A stretch of 61,396 nucleotides of DNA, counting the filler, from Hausera hauseri (taxonomy: Eukaryota), in NCBI GenBank assembly GCA_046269625.1. It is 12 parts of 12 records of this genome, joined end to end, with 100 filler letters (N's around TTAATTAATTAA, not from the genome) between each part and the next. Parts side by side here need not be neighbours in the genome. Positions count along the whole stretch, not along the records: positions 54,609 to 61,396 come from JBJURY010065106.1; 11 more parts are not named here. One strand, given 5' to 3'. Under the pieces are notes generated by a model. That model was not told where the DNA came from, did no database searches, and was given only the letters and a program-made list of their open reading frames with translations. This document shows, in pieces, positions 54,609 to 61,396 of this stretch (the first letter of the stretch is position 1; every line of letters starts with the position of its first letter). The translations under genes and the position numbers were made by a program.

Positions 54609-54741
54609 GTTCACAGTTTGCATGACATTGGTGATTAGTGTTCACAGTATGCATGACATTGGTGATTAGTGTTCACAGTTTGCATAACATTGGTGATTAG
54701 TGTTCACAGTTTGCATGACATTGGTGATTAGTGTTCACAGT
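54609..54741. repeat. 31-bp tandem minisatellite, at least 4 copies
   Basis: GTTCACAGTTTGCATGACATTGGTGATTAGT repeated head-to-tail. Confidence 0.95.
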
Positions 54742-55048
54742 TCAGTATATAATGTAATATCATTTTCCTTTAAGAATTTATCAAAATATTTTGATATTAT
54801 TCCTGCTTCTTTATCAAACAAAATTTTATTTGAAATTCTTTGATCATTTTCAAATATCAGTTCAAATGATTCTCTTAGTGTTTCTTGGGTTTTACTTTGC
54901 ATTGGAATTGCCCATCCAATATACACCAATTGCCTTGGTTTATAAATCAATATCAACTAGAATCTATTTGTATTTTTCAACATGTTTATTTGTTTGGCAT
55001 AACTGCTAAATCTGCTGCCCATGTATCATCTTTTTGATAAACATGTAT

Positions 55049-57015
55049 ATTGTATTCCGTAATATCTAATTCAAAATCAATTAAACAACAATGTCCAATA
55101 TGGCAAGTAACAAATTCCCAAAATCAAAATTTCAAAGACAAATAGATCAACCAATTGAAAATTATTCGGAATGAAAGTTATTCAGAATGACGTTTATCGA
55201 ATGCACCAATTCCAAAATACATAGATATCAAAAACCGGGAATAGCAAAATTCAAAAATTCAAGATGTCTGAAAAATCAATGTATTTGTTAACTCAATTGC
55301 CAAAAACTAAAACAATTTTGTACAATATTCAAACAACTTTTATTAGTGGATGATTGACAGGAATCCGTTAAACTCGGCACAACCAAACAATGACAAATAT
55401 GATACTGGGAAGCGTTATCAAATATAACACCGATTGAGTCGGAAATCGAATTCGTAGAAACAGATTTTCTATAACGGAGATTCTGATAGGAATTGTAGAA
55501 AATTAGAATTGAATTGACTATTTGAAGTAAAACTCCAACAATAAATGTAATCAATCAACAATTGATGACACTGAATACATTTAAAACAACACGGATGCCA
55601 GAAGCATAAATCATTTTGTGGCATTGTGACACAAATTTCACCAAAACTGATAACTTCTAGACATTTATGACATGCCCAAAATTGATGTTTTGCAACCGAA
55701 GCAATACGTTGCAAATTTGCTCTCATAGCAATTTAGACACTGGCGAATCATCTTTGGTTACAAAGTTTGTCGGATCAAGTTTACAATTAGTGACTGCACT
55801 GGAAACAGTGATTATATAATCAATTTTCAGTGTACGAACATGACATATCTGTATGGAAATCGAAAAAACAATCTTTACAAATGAGGCATTTTGGATCTGC
55901 CGTTATCGAATTAGCTCGGGATATTTCCCTGTTTCTATTTAATGTCGAAAATTCGTCGTCGTCATTCAATTGTTTGTTACAAAGAATACAATGAAGACAA
56001 TGTTTATGCCATAAATGCTTAAGTATTGTTACTGAATTGTCGTCATTTACATCGATAGGTTCACTGCATGATGTACAGACGAAGCGATCATTTATGCATA
56101 ACATTCTCAGCATGAAATAAAACTATTTTTCATTCGCTTGAAAGATTCTTTGTCTGTCATATTAATGTATCATGACAAACGTAACAACTTTTACATTCTG
56201 AATGTACTATAATCGTTTCATTGATTTCGTTTAATTCTGCTTTTGAAAATGTTGTGACAATCACCAGAAACTGCAGTACGAGAAAATCGGAAATTTTCAT
56301 TACCTTATCGGGTAATTCCAAAATCACTTCCTCACATACTGCACAAATGTTTTGATTAAGGCCGTAAAAACATTTCAAACATTTCCATAATTTCTGTAAC
56401 TCGGAATCATTTGAATCAAGAGCAAACCGAGAACCAACAAGATTAGAATGACAAATTCCGCATTGTAAATGTTCAGTATGATAATGTTCATCCAAAGCAG
56501 AAACATAAGTTTCATTGAAAATCAACTCATCACAACTTGAACATCTAGGATATCGTCGTTCATCAAAATGACGCAGACAATATGGTTCACAATTATCCGT
56601 ATTATTATCCCCGATTAATATGACTAAGGTCAAGTTTTTAACTTATCATAGTTTGCGACTTTATGTACTTAATTGATCCAACAAACTACAGCGTTTTTAA
56701 CTTTCGACTTTTCATATTTCGTTTATTCGACTTAGAAATTTTACAAGTATGATCGACGGCCTTCGAACAAATAGAATAATGAATTGACATCAAGATTTCC
56801 TTTTATTTCCCTGTATCTTATCGAAACATCATTTAAAAACTGTATAAGTTGGTTCATTGCTCAACTCGATGATTTCTTGTAGTTCATCTTCTAAATATCT
56901 CGGTTTTCAACGCAGAAAAACGGAACCCGCCTATGCGTCCGACGCGCAGGCAGCGGGAAACCCGGTCGTGCCCAACCGAATAGGCCGGAGAGCAACAGTC
57001 GACGCGGGCACCACA
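55049..57015 (-). mobile_element. LTR-like insertion (starts TGTGGTGCC) flanked by an ATGTAT duplication, carrying LIM coding sequence
   Basis: ATGTAT at 55043-55048 and 57016-57021; the terminus matches the first 9 nt of the LTR at 2818. Confidence 0.7.
55469..56620 (-). pseudogene. Multi-LIM-domain protein (Prickle/Testin/LIM-9-like) fragments
   Basis: YCLRH...PRCSSCDELIF...H.EHLQCGIC; CTSC...WHKHCLHCILC; CHKC...WHPCCFKCIQCHQLLIDYIYC. Confidence 0.85.
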
Positions 57016-57971
57016 ATGTATCTTCAGAAATATTTTTGGTTTTCTATATTCACGATGTAACTCATTTGAAAATTGTATTTGTTCATTTGTAAGTTCCGGG
57101 GTTCTTTTTTCTTTGTAATCATCTAGATTTTTGTAGTGGTTTTCAACTGCTTTGGATTTTGCATTTCTAGATAAATTACCACCAAACAATTTTTCGTTTC
57201 ATCGGAATTCTATTCCAAAAAAAAACAATTTGCTTTTCATTATGAGTTTTACAAGAGCTCTTCTTTTTAGTTTTTACCATTGTTGTCGGTCATTACCCGA
57301 GTTTCTTCACAGGATTTCTTCAATGAAGCGATAGATAAAGACTTTAGGGGTTTCCTCAATTTGGATGTGTTGCATTATTAAATTCCTTTTTAAACCTTTT
57401 TGCTTTAATTAATTCATAATTATATATTTCAAAATTTTTTCATATAAATTATCATATCTTACACATTTTGTAAAGGAATTTAATAACACTTGCATGTTTC
57501 TTTTCAAAACACACATGAGCCCACTTGACCCGTAAGATTGTTTGATAGAAGGTGTAATTCACCATATTTAGTTTTCAAGAATTTTGGTAAATATTTTGCT
57601 ATATTACACGTTGATTTTTAAATGTCACCACTAGTTTTATTTTGTGTCATTTTATTAATTATCTGTGTAAATGTATGTATTTGTGAGATGAATTTTGCTT
57701 CATAAATGTCTAGAATATTTTAAAATTAAATTATACTTTTATATGGTAATTTAATAATATTTATACAACATTTACAACTTGTGCATTCACTCCAAGTGTA
57801 TTTATTGTCTGATTTTACTATTATACGGCCTGTTTCAAAAATTTTACAATCTGAATTATTTCAACTCATTTTTACTGTATCTTTTTATAATGTTGGAAGT
57901 AATTGTATTATGAGGGCTATGAGTCAGTTTTTCAAAATTTTTTAATAATTTGAGGGTTCAGCATATAACCC

Positions 57972-58282
57972 TCATAATACAACTACTCGTTTCTTCTTTG
58001 GTACCTGTTTGGTTGGTTTGCGTTCAACAAATGTTTTTCGGAAATTCTTCATTTTACTACTCTTATCGTATCGAGTTTCGAATATGCTTATAGACATGAA
58101 CAACTTTCTGATTGGAAATATCTGTTCGTCCACGCATGTCATCGGGACACTGTTGTATAAAGTCAGTGAACAGATATCCATGTGGCTTGTGCATAACATC
58201 ATGATAAGCATCTGTCAAGTATGCTCGGTTGTGAGAAAATGCTTTTCGTGCAACATAATCAATGACAATATGATCATGGGAT
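57972..58282 (-). pseudogene. Second copy of packaging ATPase C-terminus + basic protein
   Basis: IDYVARKAFSHNRAYLTDAYHD...PHGYLFTDFIQQCPDD...RTDI, closely similar to 10724-10950. Confidence 0.85.
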
Positions 58283-60116
58283 GATGATGATGATTATTAC
58301 CTACATTATGGATATTTTTATTTCAACACTGTTCAAAATAAAATTATGTCAAAAAATAGTATTACTACTACTACTACTAAAGATATAAGAATTTAACATT
58401 AAAAAATATGTTAAACAATAAAACAACTTGATTGTGTTATCCTGTGGTAAATAAATGACTTCGATTGATTACTATTCAATATTACTTAAATTTATGTCTT
58501 AAACAAACATTTAGTATAGTTAAAAACTGGTCCGTTCATTACTGATGTTTATTTACGGTTACTGCTTCATTTACCTGTAAAAACAATCACTGGTTATATC
58601 AACATATAATCGGTGGAACAATCCAGTCTGCACTTTATTATACTTAGGTCGAATTTCGTATGTGCAGTTTCTAATGCTCATAATGCCAAAACGTGACATG
58701 TCACAATTTTTAAAAATGCTCCCATGTTAGAAACGGTCATGTATGTCACGTGGCTTACCAATCACGTGACAGTCACATGATCCCCCCATGCATTATGTGA
58801 TTGGTCAAGTGACCAATTGTTAAAAATTGTGAGTATATAATCGAGAACTGAAATTCTAAATTTAAATTAGAATCATTTTTTAATTTTAAAAATTCGACCA
58901 TAAATTTAAATTAAAAATGTAATATTAGAAGTATAATTTAATTTTGGAATTTTCGGAAAATTTGTTTCCAAATAAGTATTTTGAGACACCCCATAAAACG
59001 TTCAACAACCGGTCTTACTTTGCAATGAGTAATTACAAACGATTAAATTCTGCTTTAGCAGACATACGGGTGGTGGAGATTTTCCAACTCTACCCAAGCT
59101 GGGAAACGAGGTGGACGGTGTGGACGCGTCCGCGGTCAACATTAATAATTATCATATGTCTCTTGACTCAACAATCACGTGACACACCCACTCGTCACGT
59201 GAAGCACATGATCCGCCTAAGCGTCACGTGCTGCGTTGATGGATCCAGTCCCCTTTGTCACAGAACGCTCTTTTTCCCTTACTCCGCTTCTTCCATCTTC
59301 ATTAATAAAAAATTTTGTCAGTTTAAATGTTATTGGCTACTTCAATCATCTATAAATTTATTTGACATTGTTTGCATACCAATATTGGTGTGATCAGTAT
59401 GATTGATGTTTTAATTTCTACGAACTTGTGGGACATCCCTCGTAGTTACTTGATTATTTTAGTTAATTGGTTACTTCACCCCCTTGGATAACAATGATTT
59501 ACAATTTGCAGAAATGGTAGAAATACCCATCAAGGGGTTTTACATAACCACAACAAGAAGACATTTACACTTATAAAAGAATTTACTACTTATTCACGAA
59601 TATTCAATAGATTTCAAGTCACAAATGTATTTGTCAATATCATTATTTTCAGATCGCACAAATTCTAATGTACATTCGTTTTTGGTTTGATTCGAATATT
59701 CTTGGTTCAGACTAAACTGTTATTTTTGAGTTTTGTATATTTGCGCCGTTTATTTTATTAACGAATCCTAATAACACGCTGAATTACCGCATAATTGATA
59801 AACAATATTAAAAGGAAAGTTATGTAATCAAGCTTAATTTAATTACCTAATATACAATAAATTAATTATTACTCAGACTGTGTAGGCATGCAAATGTCAG
59901 TGAAAATCTTCTGTAACTGCATGAAATTGTATGGGAGGCAATGAATGCATACCGACGTTATTAAAAAATAAATAACAAATAAATAAGCCAGTATTAATCG
60001 TAAACCGGTATATAATACAGAGAAAACCATAAATATATTCATTGAACTATAGACGTAGTGCCGTCATATAGTTCCAATAAAAATAAAAATTTAAATATAC
60101 AATTTTTCACAATACA

Positions 60117-60382
60117 ACTTGATATATAAATATATATCCTTGGTTAGAATCGAAAAATATACCATACATTACTCTGAAATTATTGCATATTTGATTTCTT
60201 TTTTTGATTGCGTTAGTGTGTATAACTTTATGGTGTGTTTAGTTACCTTGGTATATTATGTAATCCATTTTTAAAATAAATCAAATGTAATACTTTTAGA
60301 GTAATGCATGGTATATTTTTTGATTCTAACCAAGGATATGTATATACGGTGCAAACAATGAAAGATTTGTATATATCAACTT
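60117..60382. mobile_element. MITE-like long inverted repeat
   Basis: ATATCCTTGGTTAGAATCGAAAAATATACCATACATTACTCT (~60134-60175) is inverted at ~60297-60339. Confidence 0.7.
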
Positions 60383-61396
60383 TATTATCAAAAACAACAA
60401 ATCGATACCACTGACGCACAGTGACTGTGCAGATCGATAACCTCGGTTTTGTAAATAGGTTCTTCTCAATAGGTTTTAAAAAATTGTTGTAAAAAGCGAT
60501 CCATACAAGTGTAAAGGTCCATGTATAAAAGGTTAAAAGTCTAAATTGTAGTTAGCGTGTCATTTATTATTAAAATGAACCAGACGTCAGTTTCCGAACC
60601 GATTTGTATATATTTAATTAAATTAAATCAGTCGGAAGTCGTGGACATTAAACAAAAGTCCAATAAACCAAATAATGGTAATTGCGAAATTGACAAATTG
60701 TTGAATAAATCATCTAATTGAATATTGTTGTTGGTGTAGATAACCCACGCACGACCAAAGTATAAATAGCAATGTAAGATAGAATAATTCAGAACATTCT
60801 GGCCTAGCCACTGTAGAGAAAAGGATTAAGAAAGTATTCTGACCGAAGTATTCTGAACGAAAGGTTATCAAAACTTACGTGATCGAGGCAATTCCGTACA
60901 GACGAAGTTGATTGTGATTAACGAACGTGAACGAAGATTGAGGGGCGTATATAGTCACAGGAAAATTTCAGATTTCCTCGACATTAACTTGCGAAAGCCG
61001 TATCTTTTATTGAGTAGTGAATTTATCGGTTGTATTGAATAAAGCTTATATTGCAAACTCTCTTTTATAGTTCTTTCATCGCCTCTTAAAGCTGATTTGA
61101 GTTACCATAAGGTTCCAAAATATTGATAGAATTTATAGATATGACTAGAGCTACTAAAACTGATTGCGAATGACCTCAAGCAGGACCCGCACCTACTAAA
61201 CTTAATTTAAATAAAATCATAGGGTACAAACCCGTTTTACCGACAAAATACCAAACGCATAGAAATATATATAGAGATAACAAAAATAATAAGGCAAGAA
61301 TAAATTCACTTAATATAGAATTAACTGCTGTTGAGCAAACCGATAAATTTAAAATTCCTCACAGAAGAAATAAAGTTCATAAAGACAATAAAATAG

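Larger units (their letters stand above)
54742..57190 (-). pseudogene. Polinton retroviral-like integrase split by a 1,967-bp insertion
   Basis: ELHREYRKPKIFLKIH (to 57016) rejoins in frame with VYQKDDTWAADL...ILFDKEAG...FLKENDI (55042 downward). Confidence 0.85.

Noticed and set aside
54609-54741. 31-bp repeats as a CRISPR array
   Set aside because: Head-to-tail with no spacers, no cas genes, and a eukaryotic context
57190-57400. PLA2-like Polinton gene tail (ALVKLIMKSK) upstream of integrase
   Set aside because: No catalytic HD motif recognisable; too degraded
60773-61078. Possible solo LTR (TG...CA with TATA/AATAAA)
   Set aside because: No TSD or second copy in the window

Overview
This is not one locus. 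It is 12 short eukaryotic contigs (about 4-7 kb each) joined by artificial N-TTAATTAATTAA-N linkers. Most DNA comes from an AT-rich invertebrate: it has IFT dynein DYNC2H1, CsRn1-type gypsy elements and a Schistosoma-like RTE tail, so a fish-associated flatworm is plausible but unproven. It is mixed, sometimes within one contig, with teleost-like DNA (FAT2-like exon, DIRS ORF1, V-SINE, hAT/BED). Ordinary decayed transposons are abundant: gypsy, BEL/Pao, Tigger, piggyBac, Tc1 and RTE. The main signal is a fragmented endogenous Polinton/adintovirus-like virus family spread over at least 7 contigs. It includes pPolB x2, packaging ATPase x2, integrase, adenain-like protease, major capsid, two tandem pentons, a pX/GGFL protein and AGTAGT termini. 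Its accessory genes are unusual: a TATA-binding-protein (TBP)-fold gene in two divergent copies (one missed by the ORF track), dUTPase, a DEDD-type nuclease and an IAP-type RING. A palindrome-rich non-coding 'common region' ending in a GC hairpin lies next to different cargo genes in three contigs. One of these contigs is terminally redundant as a 3,313-bp unit, which suggests circular/tandem or multipartite segments. Host gene fragments (LIM, DYNC2H1, MARK) lie co-oriented within or next to LTR sequence. All protein calls are by eye from motifs; no searches were run.
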